The notes under the pieces: generated by a model
Seen by the model: the letters and a program-made list of their open reading frames with translations, nothing else
What the model was told of the DNA's origin: nothing
Database searches by the model: none
NCBI GenBank assembly: GCA_001643675.2
Contig: LSRY02000028.1
Span: 186,001-250,000, forward strand
Length of the DNA: 64,000 nucleotides
Direction: 5' to 3'
Source of the DNA: Monocercomonoides exilis PA203
Lineage: Eukaryota > Protista > Preaxostyla
Shown here: positions 10,191 to 23,500 of the stretch, piece after piece
How the letters are laid out: each line of letters begins with the position of its first letter
Position numbering within the stretch: the stretch's first letter is position 1
Position numbers and translations under genes: made by a program

Positions 10191-12397
10191 ATGGCTTTTC
10201 AAATATCTTCTAATCCCTCGACTCCATCTGCTCCAGCTCATCCACCTCCGTTGTTGCGGTCTTATTCCATTCGAACCATTCCTCGAGTCGGGTCAACCCA
10301 ATCTTTCAATCAGGGTCCTTCAACTCCAACCCAAACTGACTTTGCGCATACCGCGAAAGATTTTGAATACATTAGCAGTAAATTTAAAGGAAAAGATCTT
10401 CAAGCTGAGTATGAGAAACGAATGGCCGCGAAAATGGAGACTCTTCGTCATTTGTTTAGAATTGGTACTGGGCCTAGTAGTAGCCATACCATGGGTCCAA
10501 GACGTGCGTGCGGCCGCTTTAATAAACGATTTCCGGATACGCATAAAGTCAAAGTTACCCTTTATGGTTCTTTGGCCGCAACAGGCCGAGGGCATTTAAC
10601 TGATGTTGCTATCATGGAAGGATTAAAAGGAAAAGAAGTTACTCTTTGTTGGGAGCCAGAAAAAGATCTTGAACATCACAACGGCTTAACTTTCGAAGCA
10701 TTGGACGGACCACGAGCCGGAGAAAAATATACATGCTATTCTATCGGAGGTGGAGCACTTCTTGATGACTCAACAAAAGGAGGACCTCCAGGAACAGCAA
10801 TGAACAGCGTTCACGAGATATATCCATACTCCAATTTCACTATGATATTGCATTGGGTTGAAGAAACTGGAAAGCCTCTTTGGCAGTATGTTGATGAATA
10901 CGAGCCTCCGACTATTTGGGATTATTTGAAGAAAGTCTGGTTGACAATGAAAGACGCAATAAACCGTGGTTTAAACAGCTCTACTGCTGTCCTTCCTGGT
11001 CCCTTAAACACCCCGCGTCGTGCGCGTTCATTGTTCCTGAAGTCTCGTCGGCTGAGTGAGCAGTACAGGCGGAACACGCTTGTAATGGCATATGCAATGG
11101 CCGTGGGCGAGGAAAATGCTTCTGGTGGGATTGTTGTGACGGCTCCAACATGCGGCTCTTGTGGAGTGATTCCTGCGTGCTTGTATTACATGCAAATGAA
11201 AGAAGGGTTTGATGATGCTGAGATTATCAGAGCGTTGGCCGTTGCTGGGCTTCTTGGAAACCTCATCAAAGCAAATGGATCAATTTCTGGCGCTGAATGT
11301 GGATGTCAGGCAGAGGTTTGCATTTAGATCGATTCATAGGAATATCATAATTTAATGTTTTATTCTTCTCTTTGTTCTTTATTTTTCTTCTTCTTCTCCA
11401 TTTTTTTTTTCCAAATAAAACTATTTGTTCAGATTGGATCAGCCGCTTCGATGGCTGCTGGTGCTCTTACAATGCTGATGGGCGGATCACCTTACCAAGT
11501 TGGTCATGCAGCGTCGATTGCAATGGAGCATTGTTTGGGACTTACGTGCGACCCTTGTGAAGGACTGGTGCAGATTCCGTGCATTGAGAGGAATGGCTTC
11601 TATGCCACTCAGGCGTTTGTGGCAGCAGAGATTGCTATTTTGGAGGACGGAAGATGTCCCATCAGCTTTGACGAGGTGTGTGTTAATGGATGAGATAGAA
11701 ATGATTGGAGAAAAAAAATTAATAAATTCTTGAAATGAGTTTTTTTTCTTTTTTCACTAATTTGCTCAGACTGATAATTTTTTCTACATTTTCTTTTTTT
11801 AATGTTCTGTTTCGAAATTTCATTCGATAACAATGATATTCATTTTTATTTGAACAGGTCATATTTACAATGTATCTAACAGGGAAAGCATTACGTGAAG
11901 AATATCGAGAAACAAGCAAAGGTGGTTTGGCTTTCACATTTCAACTTGACGAACAAGAAGATGAAGCGAAGCAGAAAAAGGCTGTTAGACAAGAAATACA
12001 GCGTTCTTTAGATGAAAGGGAGCTTATTGCAACCAAACGGAGGCAGATTATGGAGAAAGCGATGGAAAGAAAAGAAAAGAAAAAGATGCAAAGGAAGAAA
12101 CAGACAGAGACGTCATGCGAAAGCAACTTGTCGAAGTTGTCTTCTTTGTCGACCGATGACGATGATGATGACGACGATGACGATGATGTTGATGAAGACG
12201 ATTATATCATTGGTGCTGATAAGGGGCCAATGCCTTCCGCGATTATTGCGCCATCGACAAATATGGCAATTGTCAATTCAGCAGAAGTTGATCAAAATCA
12301 TTTGGTTCTATCGACTCCACCTAAGAATTATTCTCCAACTCCAATTAATATGGATGTTATTCCTCCTGTTAGAAAGTCGCCTCATGTATTTGAATAG
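10191..12397 (+). CDS. sdaA: Iron-sulfur-dependent L-serine dehydratase (bacterial fused beta/alpha SdaA type); introns 11316-11432 and 11676-11857
   Basis: Motifs [65 protein letters not shown]|[16 protein letters not shown] and FDE|VI.TM..TG.....[10 protein letters not shown]. Splicing restores the continuous motifs. Confidence 0.95.
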
Positions 12398-12579
12398 TTA
12401 CAATTCGTTCTATCTTCGGTTGATTTAATTGCATATTATTTTGCTGTTTTAATACTATTTTTATCCTTTTTATTTCCTGTATGAAATTATTTGTTATGTA
12501 TTTTTGTTAAGAGTGAAAAGAATCCAAATCAAATTTCCCTAAATTTATTATTGATTATATCTTTCATCCTTGTTTTGTC

Positions 12580-14497
12580 ATGGATCAATCGCAAAATGAT
12601 AGAAGAACAACATGGCCCATGGGAATTGATTTGAGTGATGAAAAAGTGATGAGTGCTGTTGTACAAGAAAATTTGTACACGTCTCCTCCACCAACAGATG
12701 CATATAACATTTTTTTGAGCGGATTGTCATTCGTAAGAAATGGCCTTCAAGTCGTTGTTGAGGTACTGTATGAATTGTTTTGATATCAAATTGATGTTTT
12801 TATTTATGAATTGATTTTGAAGGATCAATTTAATAAATGTTTTGAGCCAAAAAAAAAGAATAACTGGAATTGGACACCATTTCTTTGGGTTGTTTGGGCT
12901 TTTGGAGTAATTATACGGCATTTTATACTCCTTCCGCTGAGGTTTTTACAAGCATTTTCGGAATTTTTTTAATTTAATTATGTAATGATTTGTTGAAGAT
13001 TTTGCTTTTTGGTATTAGGAAATGTATTCTTTGCGATTGTATTCACAACAATTGCCCCTATTCCAAAATCTGATTCAAAGACGAAATTTGAAGTTTGCTT
13101 CCTCAATTATTTGAAAAGCAGTTTTCAATCGAATTTTTGAAATAAGCGATGGTTAATTCGACAGTATGGTGGAATGTGGCTTGCGACATTTTCTTCGGTT
13201 GTAAAAGTGCATGGGCATCTTCCAACTCATAAACCTAATATGGTATATTTATATTTATATTTTGGATTTTTAAAAAATAATATCTTTCGAAAATATTTTA
13301 TTTTAAACTATATAATTATTTCAGATTTATGTAAGCAATCATACTTCAATTATGGATTATATGTTGTTGACAACACAAGAAACATTTGGTACAGTAGGTC
13401 AACAATATGGCGGTGTTCTGGGCTTTCTGCAATCCAAGGTTATTGCATGTGTTGATAACATCTGGTTTGATAGATCGGTGAATCAAGAAAAAGGCTTAGT
13501 CAGTAAAAGAATTAAGGATCATATCAATGATCCGACGAAAAGCAGACTTCTCATATTTCCTGAAGGTTTAATTGGACTTTGACATGTTATTTAAGCTCAT
13601 GTTTTTTATCTTCTGCATTATTTTTATATCAGGAACTTGTGTTAATAACAAGTATTGTATCATGTTTAAAAAGGGAGCATTTGAAATTGGAGCAACAGTC
13701 GTGCCCATTGCAATCAAATATCACAAACTTTTTGCTGACCCGTTCTTTAACTCAAGAAAGATGACATTTTGGGGTTATTGCATTAATCTTATGCGCTCCT
13801 GGCTTTTGTATGCGGATGTGTGGTACTTGCCGCCTCAACAGCAGAAAGAAGGCGAAAGCGTTGTTGAATTTGCAGACAGAGTAAAGGTTTGAAAGTGAGT
13901 TTGTGGTTTGTGAATTGAAAAATGAATATGAGCAATCCAAATAGCTTATCTTTTGTGATGAATGAATGTCTATTTATTTTTATTTGCTTGTGATAGTATA
14001 AACAATTTGTTGGAATGTTTTTTTAATTTACAACGAAATTTAAATTGACCTTTTTATTGTTGCTTGATAAATGTTAGCTTATGATTTGCGAAAAAGCGCA
14101 TTTGAAGCCTACCTCATGGGACGGATATTTAAAGCATTATTCGCCTTCGCCTCGCTTTATGGATGAAAAGCAACAACGTTTCTGCCAGGAAATGACAAAG
14201 GAGCTTTTAACAGATCCGGAAATGGAAAAAATTCTTTCGCCTCCTGCAACAAGTAGCACGGATAAGAGATTTTTGAGCCAGAAAGAGGAGATTGCATTAT
14301 CTCCAAATTGCGTAAGGAAACAAAAGGAGTTGGAAAATGAGAAGGATGAAAATTCAGAGAGAAATTCAGAAAAATGTGAAGAAATGACTAATCATCAAAA
14401 ATCAAAAGGAATTTCAGAAGAACCTTACGAGGAATATGAGCAAATAGCCATTAAAAATCGCAAGAGAAAGAAAAAGGAAGCAGGGTCTGACGAGTGA
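12580..14497 (+). CDS. Glycerol-3-phosphate acyltransferase, GPAT9/GPAT3-4 type; multi-intron
   Basis: Spliced product contains NWNW..FLW..W.FGVIIRH.IL.PLR, YVSNHTSIMDY (HX4D), LLIFPEGTCVNN.Y..MFKKGAF, PIAIKY.K.F.D.FFNS and WDGYLKH. Confidence 0.92.
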
Positions 14498-15639
14498 AAC
14501 ACTTGGAATGTCAACTACAAAAAGAATAGTGAATAGATAAATTTTTTGATTTATTCTTTTTTTAAGAAATCTTACTTTTCATTATTTTATTATTATTATT
14601 TGACCACTGCTTCATTGATGCTCTCGACTTAAATAATTATTCAATAGCATGGATTAATACTTTTTTAAATTAATTCCTCATATTTCTAAAAATTTCACCG
14701 TTCATCGTTCCACAAAAGAAAAATAAAATAAAAAAAAATGAAATAAATATCAAAATGAATAAATGAATTTATTTATCAAAAATATAATTATCTGTGTAAA
14801 ATGTTATCGCGCTTAATCATTATCGGTTAAAGTCATAAAATATTGTGCAAAACTCAATGTGATTGTTTTCGATTTTGACTGTTTATACGCATCTCACAAT
14901 GCTATAATGAAAATAAGAAAGCAAATGACAAAAATCTTTGTGATCCTCCGTTCTCCGAAAAAAATTATTAATTCAAAAATCATCACTCATATTTTCTTTA
15001 TCTATTCTTTTCGTCCACTGGGCAAAATATTAAAATGTTAAATTTTATTCTATAATTATCTTTTGTTAAGTGATCAAGTGAAAATGATTACTGAATATTT
15101 TCATCAAATTTTAGTTCACACTTATGTAACTTCACATTAAAATTTTGTGAATAACTATGTTAAACATTTGCTTCCATGACTGTAAAAATATGGTGAGTTG
15201 GAATGAACAGTTGAAAATTTCAATATTTTTTTATTTAATTCGAAAATTTTTTTTAAAGGAAGTTTTCAAAAAAACGCAGACAAATAAATTCTATAACTGA
15301 AAATGATATTAAAAATGGGTTTGATCACAAATAATTTTTTTATCGAAGCTTTAATAATTTTGGATAAATATTTCTTATAAAAATGCTGTCAACTGGATGA
15401 AACATTTTCATCTGAATAATTTTTAAGGAAATGGATCCAAAAATGTTTGCCTCAGGATTTGAAAGTTAACCAACACAGCTTGAAAGTGAAATATGAATAC
15501 AAAGGAAGTGGAACTTCCACATTTTTGTAAAGCACAAAAAGAATAAAGACAATTTCTGACTTTAAAAATGCAACTATAGTGTCTTTGAAATGTCAAGAAT
15601 CTTCGATGATGACATTTCTATTAATGTTTTGGTTGGAAA

Positions 15640-17300
15640 TTAAAAATTTGCAAATTAAAATGCTGTTATATGTGTCCCAAATTACAAACAGGAAAAAAAA
15701 AGCTTTTCAAAGTTGACTATGAAAATACCAAAAACAACAGAAATGAAAAAAAGGATTGCTCTGGAAGAATTTTTTATTTTGATGAAATCACAAGAAAAAT
15801 GGGCAAATCCAAAAAATGTCAAAAACAGATGAGTGATGATTGTTTTCCATTTTCAATTTGTTTTATTTTCCTATTATATTTTTTATTTTTTTGTCCACAT
15901 TATTAGTTTGAAAAAGTTCCTTAAATATTTTTAAACTATTCATTGAAAATTCGAAATTCCTTTTTTCATATTTTTGTCATGAATTTTTTTCAAACATAGA
16001 TATTTGCAATAATTGACATTCAATTTTTATTTTATTAATCGACAAAGATAACACCTTCACACATAACATTTTCTTTCGAGAAAATCAACAAATTTTATAT
16101 GTGTTTCAGATCATTGCACAATATCTTCTCCATAAACCTCTTATCTCCAATTCTTTGAATATCTATAAAATAATCAAATTCAAAAAAATTTTGTTCTTCT
16201 TTATATATTTTTAATAAAATAATTTTTATTTTGATTATTTTATAGAAATTAAAAGAATTGGAGATAAGAGGCTTATGGAGAAGATATTGTGCAATGATCT
16301 GAAACACATATAAAATTTGTTGATTTTCTCGAAAGAAAATGTTATATATGAGGGTCTTTTCATTTTCCAAAGTCACTATCGAACTTTGATAAAAGACCGA
16401 TTAATTGTCGACACCACTCAATGGGTAGTTATTATTGTAATCATGTTTTTTCATTCAAAAATTTTCTCTTGAAAATTCACTTTGGATAGCAACAAAAAAA
16501 CACTGAAAAATGAAAAGGCTTATTAAAGATATCTTCATATTAATTTATGCAAAGACAGTTGTTTTTGAAACAGTTGTGATGAATTCTGAATTTGAATTCA
16601 AAATTACATCCCGATAACAAACAACCTTTAAAAAACAACTTACCGAAAAAAGTTATGATTTCAAAAATAAACACCCCAATATTTTTTTGTTTATGAAAAT
16701 AATCACTTATATTGTTTTCACCTAATTAACAAAAAATTGCAAAATTAACTGAAAGAATCGAAAAGATTTTGCAAGTTTTCTACATACAAATGCAACTATT
16801 TTCTATGATTATTTCAGTTGTCATAAATGGTATTGGATCAAGATTCATTTTTTGCTCATGAGATATCATAGAAAAATCAAAGAGAAAGAAACAAGAACTT
16901 TCATTTTTTCAAATAACAATGAAAACATTTTGGGATATAAAAAGTTTCACGCAAAAGTTGAAACGGGAGTTTTTAAAAAAGTTTCACGTCATCTCACTTT
17001 TCTTCAAAATTATGTACAATAAATTATCAACGCATATTTAATGAAGAAAAATCATAATATTTTTGTTCGGATTTGTGAAGAATATCCGGGTTTTAAAATT
17101 TCTGGAACAAAAAAGAAGAAATACAAATGAGTTAAAAAAGTGCGCAGTGGACTTTGAACAACAACAATTATCCAATAATTTGCAACATAGGAGTTACAAT
17201 AAAGTGGAATTACAATATTGCAAATGTGTTTGAACAGAAAAACTAACATTCAGCACCCCATGTGAATTTCTGATAAATACATGCATATTTATACGTATCA
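15640..17300 (+). mobile_element. Possible heavily degraded Mutator/MULE-like transposase relic
   Basis: Fragmented plus-strand peptides occur in MULE domain order: YMCPK...KKDCSGRIFY (WRKY/FAR1-like) at ~15670-15780, NYIPITNN at ~16600-16625, and CEF...YMHIY (eroded SWIM-like) at ~17260-17292. Many stops and frameshifts; no TIRs found. Confidence 0.3.
16053..16355. repeat. Long inverted repeat (foldback) with ~143-bp arms and a ~17-nt loop
   Basis: 16063-16178 is the reverse complement of 16230-16345, with 3 mismatches and no indels by manual alignment. Weaker pairing extends outward to 16053/16355 and inward to 16195/16213. Confidence 0.95.
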
Positions 17301-17559
17301 CACAAAAATGAAATGTCAAAGTTAGGATGGTGTTCTTGAAATGAAAAAATAACAAATTGTTACAGAATTATAACATCATAAAAGAGTTTGTTTAGAAGAA
17401 AGTTGTTTCTAAAGCTTCATAAGTTTCAACATAAAAGAAAGCAACAACAGTTAAAAAGCTTGCTCCATATTAAAGGTAATTCTCTGGAAAGAATATAAAA
17501 ATGTGTCACTATTTTGAATAAATATTATTTTCATATAAATATACAAATTCATTTTCAGT

Positions 17560-20500
17560 TTATTCACCAACGTGCAAGTTTGAATTACTTACATAACTTC
17601 CAATGATGATTATTTCTTCGCTTTCTCCTCCTTCTTCGTCTTTATCAAGATCAAAGTCCAATGCGGCAGAAACAGTTAAAAAATTAGTTCCTGATGGGAA
17701 ATGTTCGTAAAATTTTCGTTTTAAAACATTAAGCATTGGCCTTTCATGCTGTTCCATTGACATAGAACTTTTAGCTGTTTCATAATAAGAAGAATCTCGA
17801 ATTCTCTCGTGATCAACGCTTTCCCCATTCATTATCTTATCTCCTGCTATCTCTGCGTCATACTCCCCAAATGGAATCTGAAGAGTCAGGCACTCCCACA
17901 GCATTATCCCAATTGAGAACACTACCGATTCCTTTGACTCCCCCATATTCTTGTTGATCAGCAGCTCGGGCGCCTTCCACCTCAGGCATTCTTTTTTGTA
18001 ATAATCTTCATCTTCAAAGGCAGAAGAAGGCAGAGAATCATCATCATCACTGGTAGATGTCACAATAGTCGTTGATGATGAGATGGAGGATGAATCTGAG
18101 TCTGTTGAACAGTCTGAGCGCATCACAATGCAGATCACCATATGCCCTGAGAACAGAACAATATGGGGACTGAGATTGGCAAGTGACTGAAGAGGGTTTT
18201 CCATTTTATCAAAGGAGTGGAGTGCCAGATTCGCCACCCAGAATAGGATCTGTGCAGCTGTCTGCTCCCTCTCTTGCAGAGTCCCAATCGCCATCTCCTT
18301 TGTCTTATTCCTTCCATGAAGCAGCATGAACAAAGAATCTCTCAGATCCACAATCAGCTTCTCATGTGGAGATGAGCAGGCCATTGCATCAACCAGATTC
18401 TACATCGACGAAGTGGTTGGACACATACTCTCTGGTCGAATAAATGTTGAATTTGAATCTGTCGTTGAAGTGGATGAAGTGGATGGTGATGGAGTTCTCT
18501 TTCTTGTATCCTCTTCTTCTTCCTCTTTTTTATCAGCCTTCTCCAGCATCCATTGAGGGATCTTGTCTGAATCTCTTCCCAAGATATATTCTGTTGATCC
18601 GCTTTCAGATAGCAAATACTCTTCTGACTCAGAATGCGCCATTTCGTTCTCATTTATTCTTTTCTTTATTCTCTCTTCATTTTTCTTCTCTGCATCCCTC
18701 TCTGCTCTTCTCCACTGCTCCTCCGGTGACATCTCCATCGTAACCATCTCGAATGCCTTCGGATCTTTCTTTATGTTATCATTGACAATCTCCTTGTATT
18801 TTTTTGCCTCTTCTTTTGTCCTTCTCCATCGGACAACAAACACAACAAATCCAACAAACACCACAACCAATATCGCGATCAACACAACAACAATAATTGG
18901 CCATATCGATTTTCCTTCTTTTCCGCCTTCAACAATTCTTTCATCTCCATTTGTTTGTGTTTCGCTTCTGTTCTTCAAAATGAATGGAATTGTCGATGAA
19001 GGAGACTCTGTATTCCTAAACAAAATGCAAACACTCACTTCGATTTCATTTTCACAACTATTGATAAGATCTTTTACCACACTTCCTTCTGCTTCTCTTT
19101 CTGACAAGAATCCATTTGAATCAAAATCATGCTTTTCAATCTCTTTCTCTTCTCCTTTCCTTATCACAACTGAGAATGACAGATTGCATGGAACAAGAAG
19201 CATCCCTTTGAATGTCAGCTTCATTCTGTCTGTTGATTCTTTTGCTTCCACACTCTCCAGAACTTGAACAAAGAATGATGAATCTCTTTCAGAAACAATC
19301 CCTTCAAAACTGCACCCTTCATTCAACATCCAAAGTGACGTATTTCTTTCCCATCCATCTCCTCCCTTCAAACTCATCACATTCAATGTTCCAGAATCTG
19401 AACAGATGATATTTCTTCTCAATGATGGATATCCTTCAATCGATGGATTATTGTTTATAAATTCTCCTTTCTCAATCATGATACTTCCTTCACTCATAGT
19501 CATTCCACCATCTTGTGAATTCGAAATTGTTGTCACCTTCATCAAAACAGAACTCTTCACAACATCCACAAGAGATCCATCCCATCTGCACATCTCTTCT
19601 CCATCATTCAAATTCTGCTCATTTCTTTCCTTTGCACTCCCATCAAAAATGCAATTGTCCATTTTCACATCTGTGCAATCCTCCAATTTCATCAATTTCC
19701 CTTTTGTGGTGTTTGAACTCACTTTTCCTATTGTGCAATTTGCTAATTGAATTGTCTTTCTCATTGACAAACAAGATATCAATGATTCTTCATCTCCTTC
19801 AACTGTGATATTTTCAATATTTAACTTTTCCATGTTTAATTGTCCACATTCAATAATTTCAACAAAAGAACGAGAAATTGTTGAACTGCAAATCGTTAAT
19901 GAATCAATTACCGATGGAGAAGTTGATGAAAGATATAATGCAGATTCTTGAAGAATGAGATTTGATATTGCACATCCATCAAGTTGTAATTCTTCTTTTT
20001 CCACATTAATAAAATGAAATGGAATGTTTGCAAAATCAGCTTTTCCTCCTTCTGTTGTTTGTTTTGCTGTGAATGAGCAATTCATTATCTCAAGAATTCC
20101 TCCCTCTGGTGATATCAAAGATTCATGCGAAGAGATGAAATTCGAATCGAACAAGAAGTTCACTCTCAGCAATGACACTTCTCCATTTGTTGTTATCAAA
20201 GCATCTCTTGTGCTTTCAATCCCCGTTTCAACTTCAACTTTGCATACGACTCGATTCTTCGAACTCAAACCCATTTCTTTCAAATTCAATTCACCACTTA
20301 TAATACTTTCATCAACAACAATCATTTGACTCATAAAATCAGACGTCAGATGCATTAGTCCATAATCAATTGAATAACATGGAAGAGTATTTATTCCACA
20401 TTTCCTCTCATCAGATCCATTCACACTGCTCACAATGATCGTGTCACTTTGGTGGATCGTCACAAAACCAATCAGATCTGTATCATTTCGATAATCACAT

Positions 20501-23500
20501 TCATCTCTTCCATATATCGCATTAATTCGCGAATAATGATTCTCTCGAAGATCAAACTGAAATTGGCTTTCATTGATCTGAGATGTGATGTTGTAACATT
20601 CAATAAAAATATCATTCCCCACTTTTGCTGTATTTGCACTGAGCTTCATTTTCACAAACGAAAAATTCAATTCTCCTCTCTCCTTTGTTGCCAGATGCAC
20701 TCCTCCCCCTTTCCCATTGATACAGCTGCATTGACTGATTATTGAGTCAACCATCTTCATCGATCCAGACGCACCCAATGTGAAGGATATTGCCCCTCCT
20801 TTTTCACTCATTTCTGCTTTGTCTTCTGTGATGTTGCTCGAATTCACAACAAAACAAATCTTATTCTCACTCTTCGACTCCCAAATACTTGCTCCATTGT
20901 CACTTCTCTTCACCCCTGAAAATGACGAATTATCAATGCTGAGACTCATTTCCTCACTCACTTCATTTATCTTTGTTGTTAATTCAGTTCCTTTGATCAG
21001 AAGAAGACATCCTCTGCTTTCATTCAACGATTTCACACGAACATTCACAAAATGGCAAACAACTGCAGAATCGTGAATAACAAATATGCTGCTTCCAACA
21101 TTGCACGATTCCATCGACAAATCATTCACTTCCACAGTTCCTCCAATCGCATCCACAAACGCACAATCAAATCCATTGTTCACTCCAGCTGCTGAATGGA
21201 ATGAGCATCCAGTTATCACCAAATCTCCTCCTTTGTTTGAAATAATCGATTTGGCCGAACTGTCAAAATCAGATGCCAGTTGCAGTTGGATATTCGTTAA
21301 TTCAAGATGTTCGTCATTTTCAATGAAATATTCCAGCTGATTTCCAATTGCCTTTTCAAAATTCAAGATAGCTTTTGTATCTTCTTCTCCCATCAATGAT
21401 GCTTTTTTGATCTGATAATTGGACACATCATATGAATCTCTAATAACAGTTGATCCTTCAATCTGAATTGTCTTCATTCCAATCTCCTTTTTCATTTTTT
21501 TCATCTCATTCCACATTGTGAAACAAGGTTCTTCCTCGCTTCCACAACGCGCCACATCGAATCCATTCGATGAGATAAATATCTCAATGGAGCTGAATGG
21601 AATGAGGAACATGAACAAATCTTTGTTTGAATGAAAATCATCACTCCCAACAAACAAATTGCCATCATTTATCATTGAGGAATAATCAAATTTGAATGAG
21701 TCATTTGTCACAGATGAATTAAAATCCTTTCCCAAAATGAACATGTTCTTTCCAATGGCCGCATTGTTGTTTGCAAACGATACGTTTTCTTAAAGAAATG
21801 GCTTCTCATTCAAGCAATTCTGACAATCCAAATACAAGAATCCTCATTTTCCATTACTTGATGAAAGTGAACAAAATGATGCATTTGTTGATTTCATCAC
21901 CAATTCTTCACTCCCTTGCAATATCACTTTTGCAACACCTCCTTCTTCACTGCCTTTGTTCTCAATGTTAGAAAAGTTGCTGTTTTCAAACAAAACGGAA
22001 GAAGATATCATCAATGGAGATTCACCAAATGAGGAGTCATCCAAACTGCATCCTTGCATCGTGCAATTCAACAGTTTCACTCTGAATTCATCTTCACTTT
22101 CTCCTTCATTCACATTTCGTGAGAAAAGTGAATATGAAAATAATGAGACCGATGATATCACATCTGAAATCGTGACAAAGTTCAATCTAACCATCTTCCC
22201 AGTTGATTTGATCAAGGAAAATCTAATCGTGCTTTGCTTCCCTCCAATCACACTTATCGCCCAGTTAGTCATGTATAGCTCTCCAATTTGAGTGCTTGAT
22301 TCGATCACTGATGTGATTTCTCTGTTAAAGCTCAATGGAACAATAATTTCAATGAACTTTATTTCTGTCAGCGAGGATGACTTAAGAATATATTTTTCAG
22401 AGCCACTCACTTCTGTTTGGCATTCTATACTTTTAACTGTCACATCTTTTGCTTTCACACTCATCCCTCCCACATCTACGCTTTCTGCTACAGACGAATT
22501 TGTGCAAAAAACAATCTCCTGTTTTATATTCAATGTTCTTTTTAAATACTCCATCCCATAATTCATGCTTTTGCATGGTGCCATCTCCAGCCCGCAATAA
22601 ACATCCTCCACCCCAGATGTTCCATCCACATAAATTGTATCATCAAAGTATCCATCGAAAAAAATAAATAAATCGACATCCCAATCTCCGAATGCCTCTG
22701 TTCTATCATGTCCAACAATCGAGTTGTATTTCTGAGTGATGCTTCTCATGAAGGTGAATAAGGGCTCTTTCACAGAAGCGACAAGGGATTCACACACAAA
22801 ATACATATCTCTTCCGATGCTGGCCTTGTTTGCTGAAAACATCACATTTGCCATGGAAAAAGATGATTCCGACACTTGTGAGCCTTGGTTGAATTCGATC
22901 ACGAGAGCACCGCCTCTTCCTCCAGAACTTGTATCCTCACTCACAGAGCAGCTGGAGAAGATGGTGTCACTCGCAGAAAATGTGTTGGCAGAGATGGATG
23001 AGGCGAATGAGATGCATCCGCCATCTGTGGCAGTCTGTTGGCTCAACTGTTCTGAGTTGATGTTGGTGATGGTGCAGTTGGTGAGGGAGAGGGAGAGGCC
23101 AGGGGAGGTGGCAGAGGAGAGGACACAGCTGGTGGGGGTGGCAGTGGAGGTGATGTGGGTGATGTTGGAGGAGTTGAGGGTATGATGGTTTGTGAGGGAG
23201 GTGAGGTGGAAGATGCTTTGGCTGTTGAGGGAGAGTTTGGTGATTGCTGTGTGGTTGAGGGCGAGGGAGCCAGCAGTGAGGAAGAAGAGGGGAGTTTTTA
23301 GTGTTATGGAGGTTGTTCCGGTGATGGTGGTTGTGTTGAGGTTGAGGGAAGGGGAATTTTCAGAGAGGTGGAAGAGGATGGGGGTGATGGAGTTTGTGGA
23401 GTTGTGGGCGATGGCGAGGGCAGAGACTGTGAGGGATCCTTGTGTTAGTGCGAAGAGGGCATAAGTGGAAGATAGATCGAGAGATGATGTTGATTGTGAT

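Noticed and set aside
10191-12397. Bacterial contamination or misassembly as the source of the serine dehydratase
   Set aside because: The gene has two spliceosomal introns and host-style extensions, and it is tightly flanked by eukaryotic genes.
16095-16376. 93-aa minus-strand ORF
   Set aside because: It runs through the palindrome and an AT-rich loop with no recognisable motif, so it is most likely incidental.
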